In this document: in pieces, positions 17,921 to 27,328 of the stretch
How positions within the stretch are numbered: position 1 is the first letter of the stretch
Layout of the letters: each line of letters starts with the position of its first letter
From: Flavobacterium sp. UBA5153
Lineage (GTDB): Bacteria; Bacteroidota; Bacteroidia; Flavobacteriales; Flavobacteriaceae
Length of the DNA: 64,000 nt
NCBI RefSeq assembly: GCF_002413745.1
Contig: NZ_DHXP01000073.1
Direction: 5' to 3' (one strand)
Notes under the pieces: generated by a model
Databases searched by the model: none
What the model was told of the DNA's origin: nothing
Seen by the model: the letters and a program-made list of their open reading frames with translations, nothing else
Translations under genes and position numbers: made by a program

Positions 17921-20254
17921 ATGCGTAAATACATTGACCAACTTAACGAAGCCCAACGTGAACCCGTATTGCAAAAAGATGGGCCAATGATTATTATTGC
18001 CGGTGCCGGTTCAGGAAAAACGCGTGTATTGACGATTCGTATTGCCTATTTGATGAGTTTGGGAGTTGATGCTTTTAGCATTTTGGCACTTACTTTTACC
18101 AATAAAGCGGCGCGCGAAATGAAAAAACGTATCTCCGATATTGTGGGTTCCAATGAAGCCAAAAATCTTTGGATGGGGACTTTTCACTCGGTTTTTGCAC
18201 GAATTCTGCGTTCCGAAGCGGATAAATTGGGTTATCCTTCAAATTTCACGATTTACGATACTCAAGATTCTGTTCGGTTGATTTCGGCAGTCATCAAGGA
18301 AATGCAATTGGATCGAGACGTTTATAAACCCAAACAAGTTTTAAGTCGGATTTCAAGTTACAAAAATAGTTTGATAACCGTAAAAGCCTATTTCAACAAT
18401 CCCGAATTGCAGGAAGCCGATGCGATGAGCAAAAAGCCTCGATTGGGCGAAATTTACCAAAATTATGTGGACAGATGTTTCAAGGCTGGCGCAATGGATT
18501 TTGATGATTTATTATTGAAAACCAATGAACTGCTGACTCGTTTCCCAGAAGTTTTGGCCAAATATCAAAACCGTTTTCGATATATTTTGGTCGATGAGTA
18601 CCAAGATACCAATCATTCACAATATTTGATTGTTCGAGCTTTATCGGATAAATTCCAGAATATATGCGTCGTGGGCGATGATGCTCAAAGTATTTATGCG
18701 TTTCGTGGCGCCAACATCAATAATATCCTGAATTTCCAGAAGGATTATGAAGGCGTGAAAACCTTTCGATTAGAACAGAATTACCGTTCGACAAAAAATA
18801 TTGTGGAAGCGGCGAATTCGATTATAGACAAAAACAAAACCAAACTTGACAAAATTGTTTGGACTGCCAATAGTGATGGTGCCAAGATAAAAGTGCATCG
18901 CAGTATGACTGATGCCGAAGAAGGGCGTTTTGTGGCCAGCACTATTTTCGAACAAAAGATGCAAAATCAGATGCTCAATGGTCAATTTGCCATTTTGTAT
19001 CGCACCAATGCGCAGTCCCGTGCTATGGAAGATGCGCTCCGGAAACGAGATATTCCGTATCGAATTTACGGTGGTTTATCCTTTTACCAAAGAAAAGAAA
19101 TCAAGGATGTTTTGTGCTATTTGCGATTGGTCATCAATCCAAAAGATGAAGAAGCTTTGATTCGGGTTATCAATTATCCGGCGCGTGGAATTGGAGACAC
19201 AACAGTCGAAAAATTGACTGTCGCCGCCAATCATTACAAGCGTTCCATATTCGAAGTAATGCAGAATATTGATAAAATTGACTTAAAACTGAATTCGGGA
19301 ACCAAGCAAAAACTACAAGATTTTGTTACGATGATTCAGAGTTTTCAGGTGATAAATGAAAATCAGGACGCCTTTTATATCACGGATCACGTGGCCAAGA
19401 AAACAGGATTAGTACAAGAATTAAAGAAAGACGCCACGCCGGAAGGAATGGCAAAAATCCAAAATATCGAGGAATTATTAAACGGAATCAAGGATTTTAC
19501 CGAAGGTCAAAAAGAAATTGACGGAGCCCGTGGTGCCTTATCCGAGTTTATGGAAGATGTGGCATTGGCAACTGATTTGGACAAAGATACCAGTGACGAA
19601 GATCGTGTTGCGTTAATGACAATTCATTTGGCTAAAGGACTCGAATTTCCGTATGTTTTTGTCGTGGGAATGGAAGAAGATTTGTTTCCTAGCGCGATGA
19701 GTATGAGCACCCGAAGCGAGCTCGAGGAAGAACGCCGGTTGTTTTATGTGGCATTGACAAGGGCTGAACATCAGGCGTATTTGACGTATGCGCAATCGCG
19801 TTACCGTTGGGGAAAACTGACCGATAGTGAACCTTCCCGTTTTATTGAAGAAATCGACGGACAATACCTGGAATATCTCACCGCTGAAGAAACCAATTAT
19901 CGCTACAAACCGATGATTGACAGCGATATTTTTGGTGATATTGATAAATCCAGATTGCGTTTGGCAAAACCTGTTACAGGAACTCCACCCAAATATATTA
20001 CAGATAATGAGCCGGTTTCTTCGGTAAATATTCGTAAATTGAAACCAGTTTCCAATAATTCTTCTTCGGGAAGTGCCAATTTATTTGACAATAAATTGGT
20101 CGCAGGAAATATCGTGATGCACGAACGTTTTGGTAAAGGAGAAGTCTTAAACCTTGAAGGCACGGGTGCCGACAAAAAAGCGGAAATCAAATTTGAAGTG
20201 GGAGGAATCAAGAAATTGTTGTTGCGATTTGCGAAATTGGATGTGATTGGATAA
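17921..20254 (+). CDS. uvrD: UvrD/PcrA/Rep family ATP-dependent DNA helicase
   Basis: AGAGSGKT (Walker A), VDEYQDTN, TIHLAKGLEF, and the typical C-terminal GKGEV...KF tail. Confidence 0.9.
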   Translation: MRKYIDQLNEAQREPVLQKDGPMIIIAGAGSGKTRVLTIRIAYLMSLGVDAFSILALTFTNKAAREMKKRISDIVGSNEAKNLWMGTFHSVFARILRSEADKLGYPSNFTIYDTQDSVRLISAVIKEMQLDRDVYKPKQVLSRISSYKNSLITVKAYFNNPELQEADAMSKKPRLGEIYQNYVDRCFKAGAMDFDDLLLKTNELLTRFPEVLAKYQNRFRYILVDEYQDTNHSQYLIVRALSDKFQNICVVGDDAQSIYAFRGANINNILNFQKDYEGVKTFRLEQNYRSTKNIVEAANSIIDKNKTKLDKIVWTANSDGAKIKVHRSMTDAEEGRFVASTIFEQKMQNQMLNGQFAILYRTNAQSRAMEDALRKRDIPYRIYGGLSFYQRKEIKDVLCYLRLVINPKDEEALIRVINYPARGIGDTTVEKLTVAANHYKRSIFEVMQNIDKIDLKLNSGTKQKLQDFVTMIQSFQVINENQDAFYITDHVAKKTGLVQELKKDATPEGMAKIQNIEELLNGIKDFTEGQKEIDGARGALSEFMEDVALATDLDKDTSDEDRVALMTIHLAKGLEFPYVFVVGMEEDLFPSAMSMSTRSELEEERRLFYVALTRAEHQAYLTYAQSRYRWGKLTDSEPSRFIEEIDGQYLEYLTAEETNYRYKPMIDSDIFGDIDKSRLRLAKPVTGTPPKYITDNEPVSSVNIRKLKPVSNNSSSGSANLFDNKLVAGNIVMHERFGKGEVLNLEGTGADKKAEIKFEVGGIKKLLLRFAKLDVIG

Positions 20255-20267
20255 AAAATTTGTTTCA

Positions 20268-20330
20268 AGTTTAAGGTTTAAAGTTGTTGGTAAGAAGAAC
20301 TTTAAACTTTAAATATTTTAACCTTAAACT
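20268..20330. repeat. Word-like palindromic element (AGTTTAAGGTT...AACCTTAAACT, with an inner TTTAAAGTT/AACTTTAAA stem)
   Basis: Outer 11-bp perfect arms and inner 9-bp arms. It shares AAGTTGTTGG with the element at 50294-50370. Confidence 0.8.
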
Positions 20331-20337
20331 AAAAAAA

Positions 20338-20958
20338 ATGGCACAATTCATAAAAATATACCCGGATAAACCCAACGAAGCGGCTATAGCCAAAGTCGTA
20401 AAGGTTTTAAAAGAAGGTGGTTTGGTTATTTATCCAACGGATACGGTTTACGGATTGGGTTGCGATATTACCAATACTAAGGCTCTGGAACGCATTGCCA
20501 AAATAAAAGGAGTGAAGTTGGAGAAAGCTAATTTTTCGTTTATTTGCCACGATTTAAGCAATCTTTCGGATTATGTGAAGCAGGTGGATACGGCTACTTT
20601 TAAATTGCTAAAAAGAGCTTTGCCGGGTCCATATACTTTCATTTTGCCCGGAAATAATAACTTGCCCAAGGAATTCAAGAAGAAAACTACTGTCGGAATC
20701 CGTATTCCGGATAATTCGATTGCATTGGAAATTGTCCGTCAATTAGGCAACCCAATTGTTTCCACTTCCATTCACGATGAGGATGACGTAATTGAATACA
20801 CCACAGATCCAGAACTCATTTTCGAGAAATGGCAAAACTTAGTTGACGTTGTTGTTGATGGCGGTTATGGTGACAATATCGGTTCAACCATTATTGATTT
20901 ATCAGGAGATGAACCAATTGTAGTGAGAGAAGGGAAGGGGAGTTTGGATATTTTATAA
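20338..20958 (+). CDS. Sua5/YciO/YrdC family L-threonylcarbamoyladenylate synthase-like protein
   Basis: YPTDTVYGLGCD and GPYTFILP motifs. ATG at 20338 is preferred over the TTG at 20284 in the ORF track. Confidence 0.85.
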   Translation: MAQFIKIYPDKPNEAAIAKVVKVLKEGGLVIYPTDTVYGLGCDITNTKALERIAKIKGVKLEKANFSFICHDLSNLSDYVKQVDTATFKLLKRALPGPYTFILPGNNNLPKEFKKKTTVGIRIPDNSIALEIVRQLGNPIVSTSIHDEDDVIEYTTDPELIFEKWQNLVDVVVDGGYGDNIGSTIIDLSGDEPIVVREGKGSLDIL

Positions 20959-21131
20959 AATCCAACAATTCAGTGTGAAATAATTGTTACCGTAATGTTG
21001 TTATGTAGGGAATAATTTATACATTTACATAATTTCTTAAGAAGATTTCACTTCTGATATGACAATATATACCGAATGTTGTTCTTAATTTATATATTTA
21101 ATTGGTTATTAATAAACGAATTAGGAAACAT

Positions 21132-21160
21132 AAAAAGCAGGTCAATTGACCTGCTTTTTT
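21132..21160. terminator. Bidirectional intrinsic terminator
   Basis: AAAAAGCAGGTCAATTGACCTGCTTTTTT is a perfect palindrome flanked by an A-run and a T-run, between convergent genes. Confidence 0.75.
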
Positions 21161-21188
21161 CTTGATTATAAAATAATAAAAGAAATAT

Positions 21189-22022
21189 TTACTGTTGTTG
21201 TTTTTTCATTTCTTTTTCAACCATTTCGTAGAACTGATCGATTTTTGGCAATACCACAATACGTGTTCTTCTGTTTCTTGCTCTGTTTTCAGCAGTATCA
21301 TTTCCAACTAATGGAACATATGAACTTCTACCTGCAGCAATAAGTTGCGCTGGATTTACTTTCAAATCATTAGCTAACACACGGATGATAGAAGTAGAAC
21401 GTTTTACGCTTAAATCCCAGTTATCAAGTAAAACTCCGTTGCTGATATAAGGAACATTATCCGTATTACCTTCAACCATACATTCAAAATCAGGCTTATC
21501 GTTAACCACTTTGGCCACTTTTGCCAAAACTGATTTTGCTTTATCTGTTACATCGTAGCTACCACTTTTAAATAATAATTTGTCGGCGATTTGTATAAAA
21601 ACCACTCCTTTTTCAACATTTATTTCGATATCTGGATCAGAAATTCCAACCGAAGCTTTTAAACTTGTTACAACAGCAAGTGTCACACTGTCTTTTTTGG
21701 TAAGGGCATCTTGCATTCTGCTTATTTTCAAATCTTTCTCTTTAATTGACTCCAAAGCTTTTTCAACATTATCAGCCCCTTTCGTGGTCAATATTGTCAT
21801 ATCTTTTGAGCTGTTGATTAAAGTTTGGTTGTGTTCTTTTAAACCAGCAACAGTTGCCGTAAGACCCGCTTTGTCTTCCAGACAAGAATTCAATTTTACA
21901 GTACAAGTATTCAGTAAATCTTGAGTTTCTTTATTTCTGGCTTCAAGATCAGTGTATTTCTTTTTTGAAACACAGGAAGTCAAAAGAGCTAAGACGGATA
22001 AGGCAATTACAATTTTTTTCAT
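21189..22022 (-). CDS. OmpA family lipoprotein (peptidoglycan-binding C-domain)
   Basis: Lipoprotein signal MKKIVIALSVLALLTSC (ATG at 22022). The C-terminal OmpA-like domain has NTDNVP...NRRTRIV. Confidence 0.8.
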   Translation of the reverse strand: MKKIVIALSVLALLTSCVSKKKYTDLEARNKETQDLLNTCTVKLNSCLEDKAGLTATVAGLKEHNQTLINSSKDMTILTTKGADNVEKALESIKEKDLKISRMQDALTKKDSVTLAVVTSLKASVGISDPDIEINVEKGVVFIQIADKLLFKSGSYDVTDKAKSVLAKVAKVVNDKPDFECMVEGNTDNVPYISNGVLLDNWDLSVKRSTSIIRVLANDLKVNPAQLIAAGRSSYVPLVGNDTAENRARNRRTRIVVLPKIDQFYEMVEKEMKKQQQ

Positions 22023-22089
22023 AAATTTAGAGTTAAGTATTAGTGACAAATTTAGGTTTTAATGATTAAATATTATATATAATTTTTTG

Positions 22090-23082
22090 TTAATTTTTTT
22101 TAACAAAAACTGTGCCGCCATTTATATAATAGGAATAAACGATACTTCTCTTATTATAGTATTTTTCGGATTGAAATTTGGCTCTTTTTTTATAATGAAC
22201 AGAAAAAAGAGCATAAAATGAAAAATGTGCTTTTACTATTGCCAATAAATGTTTGGATTTTCCCTGCAAAAGAAATTGTATTCCGGCAATTCCATCTAAA
22301 ATTAGACGAGTGAAAATCACGGGAAACAATTGTTTTTTTGGTAGGTTTTTCAATAACATCAACAACGAATTTCTGAAATTCAAAAAGGTTTTTTTAGGAT
22401 TTCCCAGTTGCAAAGTGGCTCCACCCACGTGATAAACAACTGATTGTGAATTGTATTTTACTTTATATCCTTTATTGAGCGCTCGCCAACACAAATCTAT
22501 TTCCTCTTGATGCGCAAAAAAATCGGCATCGAAACCTTCTAATTCATTGTAAACCGAACTTCGAATGAAAAAGCAGGCACCCGAAGCCCAAAATATTTCA
22601 CAATTGTCATCGTATTGCCCCTTATCTTTTTCCAAAGTTTCAAAAATGCGACCACGACAATAAGGGTAACCGTATTTATCAATAAATCCTCCGGCAGCAC
22701 CGGCATATTCAAAGTATTCCTTGCGCTTATAATCCAATATTTTAGGTTGAATAATGGCCGTTTGAGGTTCGTTTTCGAAAGTTTCAATGATAGATTGTAG
22801 CCAATTTTCGGTCACCTCAATATCCGAATTGACCAAGGCATAAATTTCGGCATCAATATGCTTTAAAGCTTCATTATATCCTCTGGCAAAGCCAAAATTA
22901 CTTTCGTTCCTGATGATTTGTACCGTCGGGAAATTGGCTTTTACAAATGCAATAGAATCGTCTGTTGAAGCATTATCTGCGACATAAATTGTGGCTTCAG
23001 GGGAAAATTGGACAATGGAGGGTAAAAACTGTTCCAACAATTTTGTTCCATTCCAATTGAGTATAACAACAGCTATTTTCAT
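22090..23082 (-). CDS. Family 2 glycosyltransferase
   Basis: MKIAVVILNWNG...ADNASTDDS is a typical GT2 N-terminus. A DxD-like motif is present. Confidence 0.85.
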   Translation of the reverse strand: MKIAVVILNWNGTKLLEQFLPSIVQFSPEATIYVADNASTDDSIAFVKANFPTVQIIRNESNFGFARGYNEALKHIDAEIYALVNSDIEVTENWLQSIIETFENEPQTAIIQPKILDYKRKEYFEYAGAAGGFIDKYGYPYCRGRIFETLEKDKGQYDDNCEIFWASGACFFIRSSVYNELEGFDADFFAHQEEIDLCWRALNKGYKVKYNSQSVVYHVGGATLQLGNPKKTFLNFRNSLLMLLKNLPKKQLFPVIFTRLILDGIAGIQFLLQGKSKHLLAIVKAHFSFYALFSVHYKKRAKFQSEKYYNKRSIVYSYYINGGTVFVKKN

Positions 23083-23544
23083 TTAGATTATTTCATTTTT
23101 AGATTTGAAATCCGGCAATGCTGCCAAAAACTCGTATTTTTCGTTTTCAAAATCCATAAGGCAAAAGTAATGATTATGACCATTGGTTACCATCAAATAT
23201 TCGGCTTTCAAAGTCATATTGTAACGGGCAATTTGGTCAAAAGTGGCTTGAGCCGTTTTAATTTCGGGAGCTTTGCATTCGATTAATAGAAAGATGGAGC
23301 CATCAGGATTGAAAACAACAACATCATATCTTTTCCGTAATCCATTGACATTTAGAACTTTTTCTACGTTTATCAATGATTTCGGGTATTTTTTTTCTTC
23401 CAATAAAAAACGGACAACGTGTTGGCGAACCCATTCTTCGGGAGTGAGAATGATAAATTTTTTCCTGATTTCATCAAAAATAGATACTTTATTTTCGCTA
23501 TTTTTGAAACGGAAAGAATAAGAAGGAAAATTCAGTTGCTGCAT
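23083..23544 (-). CDS. HsdR N-terminal (PD-(D/E)xK-like) domain stand-alone protein
   Basis: PEEWVRQHVVRFL...DVVVF...LLIECKAP. This small conserved protein is typically found next to holA in Bacteroidota (from memory). Confidence 0.7.
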   Translation of the reverse strand: MQQLNFPSYSFRFKNSENKVSIFDEIRKKFIILTPEEWVRQHVVRFLLEEKKYPKSLINVEKVLNVNGLRKRYDVVVFNPDGSIFLLIECKAPEIKTAQATFDQIARYNMTLKAEYLMVTNGHNHYFCLMDFENEKYEFLAALPDFKSKNEII

Positions 23545-23565
23545 CTTGCAAAAATAGTTAATTTA

Positions 23566-23617
23566 GTTTAAGGTTTCAAGTTTCAGGTTGCGCAACTTGA
23601 AACTTGAAACCTTAAAC
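23566..23617. repeat. 52-bp near-perfect palindrome in a divergent promoter region
   Basis: GTTTAAGGTTTCAAGTTTCAGGTTGC | GCAACTTGAAACTTGAAACCTTAAAC. The 26-bp arms have 1 mismatch. Confidence 0.85.
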
Positions 23618-23631
23618 CTGAAACAAAAATA

Positions 23632-24636
23632 ATGGACGAAGTAATAAAAATAGTAAACAATATCAAGAGCGGCAATATCAAACCCATCTACTTTTTGATG
23701 GGGGAGGAATCGTATTATATTGACAAATTATCCGATTATATTGAGCAAAATGTGTTGACCGAAGACGAAAAAGGCTTCAATCAAACTGTTTTGTATGGAC
23801 GTGATGTTTCGATAGAAGATATTGTTTCGACAGCCAAACGTTATCCAATGATGGCCGAACGCCAAGTCGTGATTGTAAAGGAAGCACAGGATTTGTCACG
23901 AACCATTGACAAACTCGAAAGTTATGTCGAAAACCCAATGCCATCAACGGTTTTGGTTTTTTGTTATAAATACAAAACATTGGACAAGCGCAAGAAAATG
24001 ACCAAAATGTTGGACAAAGTTGGCGTGGTTTACGAAAGCAAGAAATTGTATGAAAATCAAGTGGGCGAGTGGATCAAGCGCGTTTTATCAGGAAAAAGTT
24101 ATTCGATTGAACCCAAAGCCAATGCAATGTTGGTGGAATTTTTGGGAACTAATTTGAGTAAAATCAATAACGAATTAGAAAAATTGCAAATTATTTTGCC
24201 GAAAGGCAGCACGATTACTCCCAAGCATATCGAGGAAAATATTGGATTCAGCAAAGACTTTAATGTGTTTGAATTGCGAAAAGCCATTGGAGAACGCAAC
24301 CAACTCAAAGCCTACACCATCGCCGATAATTTTGCGCAAAATCCAAAAGACAATCCAATTGTAATGACCACAAGCTTGGTTTTTGGATTTTTTGTCCAAT
24401 TATTAAAGTATCACGGATTGAAAGACAGAAATCCCAAAAATGTTGCGGCAGCATTGGGGGTAAACCCATTTTTCTTAAAAGAATACGACGTCGCTTTGCG
24501 CAATTACCCAATGAGGAAAGTGAGCCAGATTGTTGCCGCTTTAAGAGATGTTGACGTAAAAAGTAAGGGAGTTGGCGCTAATGCCTTGTCACAATCGGAT
24601 TTGTTAAGAGAAATGCTTTATAAAATTTTTAATTAG
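23632..24636 (+). CDS. holA: DNA polymerase III subunit delta
   Basis: 334 aa. The N-terminus (IKPIYFLMGEESYYID) and overall layout are typical of HolA. Confidence 0.85.
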   Translation: MDEVIKIVNNIKSGNIKPIYFLMGEESYYIDKLSDYIEQNVLTEDEKGFNQTVLYGRDVSIEDIVSTAKRYPMMAERQVVIVKEAQDLSRTIDKLESYVENPMPSTVLVFCYKYKTLDKRKKMTKMLDKVGVVYESKKLYENQVGEWIKRVLSGKSYSIEPKANAMLVEFLGTNLSKINNELEKLQIILPKGSTITPKHIEENIGFSKDFNVFELRKAIGERNQLKAYTIADNFAQNPKDNPIVMTTSLVFGFFVQLLKYHGLKDRNPKNVAAALGVNPFFLKEYDVALRNYPMRKVSQIVAALRDVDVKSKGVGANALSQSDLLREMLYKIFN

Positions 24637-24693
24637 CCGCTAAAATTCACGATATTTACACCTCCAAAAAATATAATATATAATAATAGAATT

Positions 24694-24876
24694 ATGGGAA
24701 TGAATAAAAATACCGTTTTAGGATGGGCTACTTTAATAATGCTAGTAATGGGATTGTTATTGATAGGATTAGGTGCTTTCAGATACGATGATGTGGCAGG
24801 TTGGGGATTTGTAGCTGTTGGAGTAGGTTTTTTGGCTAATGCCTGGGTATTTAGTTCATTAAAAGGAAGGCTTTAG
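24694..24876 (+). CDS. Small 2-TM membrane protein (hypothetical)
   Basis: 60-aa ORF with two clear hydrophobic helices, in its own intergenic slot. Confidence 0.4.
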   Translation: MGMNKNTVLGWATLIMLVMGLLLIGLGAFRYDDVAGWGFVAVGVGFLANAWVFSSLKGRL

Positions 24877-24949
24877 AAATTATATTAAACATTGACCCGA
24901 GCCTGAAAGGCGAATTGACGAAGTAATTTTAAATTTTAAACTAAAAAAA

Positions 24950-26644
24950 ATGGCAGACGATAAAAAGGTAATATTCTCAATGTCTAAATTGAGTAAAACC
25001 TATTCAAGCAGTAATAAGCAAGTTCTAAAAGATATTTATTTAAGTTTCTTTTATGGAGCAAAAATTGGTATTTTGGGTCTAAACGGTTCAGGGAAATCCA
25101 CCTTATTGAAGATTATAGCTGGAGTGGATAAAAACTACCAAGGCGATGTGGTTTTTGCGCCGGGTTATACCGTGGGTTATCTGGAACAAGATCCACAATT
25201 GGACGACACAAAAACGGTGATCGAAATCGTAAAAGAGGGTGTTGCAGAGACAATGGCGGTTTTGGACGAATTCAACAAAATCAATGATAGTTTTGGTTTG
25301 CCGGAAGTCTATGAAGACGCCGATAAAATGCAACAATTAATGGATCGTCAAGCCGACTTGCAGGACAAAATAGACGCGCTTGGTGCTTGGGAAATCGACA
25401 CCAAATTGGAGATTGCGATGGATGCGTTGCGCACACCGGAACCAGACACACCAATCAGAAATTTATCTGGAGGAGAGCGTCGTCGTGTGGCTTTATGCCG
25501 CTTGTTGTTGCAACAACCGGATGTTTTGCTTTTGGATGAGCCAACGAATCACTTGGATGCCGAAAGCGTACTTTGGTTAGAACAACACTTGGCACAATAT
25601 GCAGGAACTGTAATTGCGGTAACGCACGATAGATACTTTTTGGATAACGTGGCAGGTTGGATTCTAGAACTCGATAGAGGAGAAGGAATTCCTTGGAAAG
25701 GAAATTATTCTTCTTGGCTGGAACAAAAAACGGGACGTATGGCCCATGAAGAAAAAGTGGCCTCAAAACACAGAAAAACACTGGAGCGTGAGTTGGACTG
25801 GGTTCGCCAAGGCGCGAAAGGACGCCAAACGAAACAAAAAGCCCGTTTGCAGAACTATGACAAACTCTTGAACGAAGACCAAAAACAATTGGATGAAAAG
25901 CTGGAAATCTATATTCCAAATGGACCAAGGTTGGGAACTAATGTAATTGAAGCTAAAAACGTGTCGAAAGCATTTGGAGATAAATTATTATATGACAACT
26001 TGAATTTTAAGTTGCCACAAGCTGGAATTGTTGGGATTATTGGTCCAAATGGTGCCGGTAAATCAACCATTTTCAAAATGATTATGGGAGAAGAAAAACC
26101 AGATAGTGGCGAATTTATCATTGGTGACACCGTAAAAATCGCTTATGTGGATCAAGCGCATTCGAATATTGATCCGAATAAATCGATTTGGGATAACTTT
26201 GCCGATGGTCAGGAATTAATTATGATGGGCGGACGCCAAGTAAATTCTCGTGCTTATTTAAGCCGATTCAACTTTGGTGGTAGCGATCAAAACAAGAAAG
26301 TTTCAATGCTTTCGGGTGGAGAAAGAAATCGTTTGCACTTGGCGATGACTTTGAAAGAAGAAGGAAACGTGCTTTTACTGGATGAGCCAACAAATGATTT
26401 AGATATCAACACGCTTCGTGCTTTGGAAGAAGGTTTGGAGAATTTTGCCGGTTGTGCCGTTGTTATTTCGCACGATAGATGGTTCTTGGACAGAATTTGT
26501 ACCCATATTCTAGCTTTCGAAGGCAACTCCGAAGTGTATTATTTTGAAGGCGGATTCTCTGATTATGAGGAAAACAAAAAGAAACGCTTGGGTGGTGATT
26601 TAACTCCAAAACGATTGAAATACAGAAAGTTGATTCGAGGTTAA
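24950..26644 (+). CDS. ettA: ABC-F energy-dependent translational throttle protein
   Basis: Two ABC cassettes (GLNGSGKST / GPNGAGKST; LSGGERRR / LSGGERNR). Typical EttA length and termini. Confidence 0.9.
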   Translation: MADDKKVIFSMSKLSKTYSSSNKQVLKDIYLSFFYGAKIGILGLNGSGKSTLLKIIAGVDKNYQGDVVFAPGYTVGYLEQDPQLDDTKTVIEIVKEGVAETMAVLDEFNKINDSFGLPEVYEDADKMQQLMDRQADLQDKIDALGAWEIDTKLEIAMDALRTPEPDTPIRNLSGGERRRVALCRLLLQQPDVLLLDEPTNHLDAESVLWLEQHLAQYAGTVIAVTHDRYFLDNVAGWILELDRGEGIPWKGNYSSWLEQKTGRMAHEEKVASKHRKTLERELDWVRQGAKGRQTKQKARLQNYDKLLNEDQKQLDEKLEIYIPNGPRLGTNVIEAKNVSKAFGDKLLYDNLNFKLPQAGIVGIIGPNGAGKSTIFKMIMGEEKPDSGEFIIGDTVKIAYVDQAHSNIDPNKSIWDNFADGQELIMMGGRQVNSRAYLSRFNFGGSDQNKKVSMLSGGERNRLHLAMTLKEEGNVLLLDEPTNDLDINTLRALEEGLENFAGCAVVISHDRWFLDRICTHILAFEGNSEVYYFEGGFSDYEENKKKRLGGDLTPKRLKYRKLIRG

Positions 26645-26679
26645 AAAATAATATTTTTTTAATTTTTTAACAAAATTAC

Positions 26680-26712
26680 AAACCCGACAGGTTTTAAAAA
26701 CCTGTCGGGTTT
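26680..26712. terminator. Bidirectional intrinsic terminator
   Basis: AAACCCGACAGG-TTTTAAAAA-CCTGTCGGGTTT lies between convergent ettA and the DCC gene. Confidence 0.85.
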
Positions 26713-26723
26713 TATATTTAACC

Positions 26724-27137
26724 TTATAGAAATCTGGATTCAGATTCTTTTGTTGGAATCATACAACTTTCTTTTTTGCCATACCATTTATAACGATTTT
26801 TGGCAATGTAATCATAAAGATGGTTTCTAATTCCCGCGGGTATAATCCTGAAAATTGTTCCAAAATGTAAAAATCCACCTAGACTTTTTGCAATTTCCAA
26901 TGCAGCTTGTGATTTGTAATAATAAGCAATTCCCGGTTGGTAAAGAATGATACTGTCAATGTTCATTGGGTTGATACCAATGTGTTTCAAAATTTGTTGC
27001 CCTAAATCAGATTGCAATGCGACAAATCGAAAGACGTCTTTCGTATCGTGTTTGATAACAAAATGAACAGCTGAATCGCATAAATTACAAACGCCGTCAA
27101 AGAGGATTATTTTTTTGTTCTTAGGTAAGTTTTGCAT
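26724..27137 (-). CDS. Thiol-disulfide oxidoreductase DCC family protein (DUF393)
   Basis: FDGVCNLCDSAVHFV motif. Confidence 0.8.
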   Translation of the reverse strand: MQNLPKNKKIILFDGVCNLCDSAVHFVIKHDTKDVFRFVALQSDLGQQILKHIGINPMNIDSIILYQPGIAYYYKSQAALEIAKSLGGFLHFGTIFRIIPAGIRNHLYDYIAKNRYKWYGKKESCMIPTKESESRFL

Positions 27138-27183
27138 TTTTCAATTATATATTTTTCTATCACAAATCGTATGTGATTTTTTT

Positions 27184-27292
27184 GCCACGAATTACACAAA
27201 TTTTCACGAATTATTTTTTTATAATTTTAAAGAAATTAGTGCAAATTCGTGACCCGAGACCAAAGGTCGAACAGACGTAGTAAATTCGTGGC
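27184..27292. repeat. Nested inverted-repeat element built from CACGAATT words
   Basis: Outer pair: GCCACGAATT (27184-27193) / AATTCGTGGC (27283-27292). Inner pair: TCACGAATT / AATTCGTGA. A small GACCAAAGGTC hairpin is also present. Confidence 0.7.
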
Positions 27293-27328
27293 TGACTTTT
27301 TTTGCGATATTTGATAGCCAATTAATGA

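Noticed and set aside
20284-20337. N-terminal extension of the Sua5/YrdC-family gene from a TTG start
   Set aside because: The extension translates the palindromic repeat element. The ATG at 20338 gives the family-typical N-terminus.
20959-21131. 170-bp AT-rich non-coding stretch after the Sua5-family gene as an ncRNA or tRNA locus
   Set aside because: I could find no tRNA-like arms (no GTTCGA-type T-loop) or stable structure apart from the terminator at 21132-21160.
23083-23544. HsdR_N-domain protein as a restriction-system remnant
   Set aside because: It is small and sits in a core housekeeping context (GT2, holA). From memory it is a conserved neighbour of holA in Bacteroidota. There are no partner R-M genes.
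25455-25928. 157-aa antisense ORF inside ettA. Similar antisense ORFs occur inside M1 peptidase (13489-13887, 13940-14305), uvrD (19903-20268), the OmpA gene (21580-21924), mutS2 (27420-28127) and others.
   Set aside because: All are embedded antisense in strongly supported genes, have odd composition, and show no motifs. They are typical spurious ORFs.
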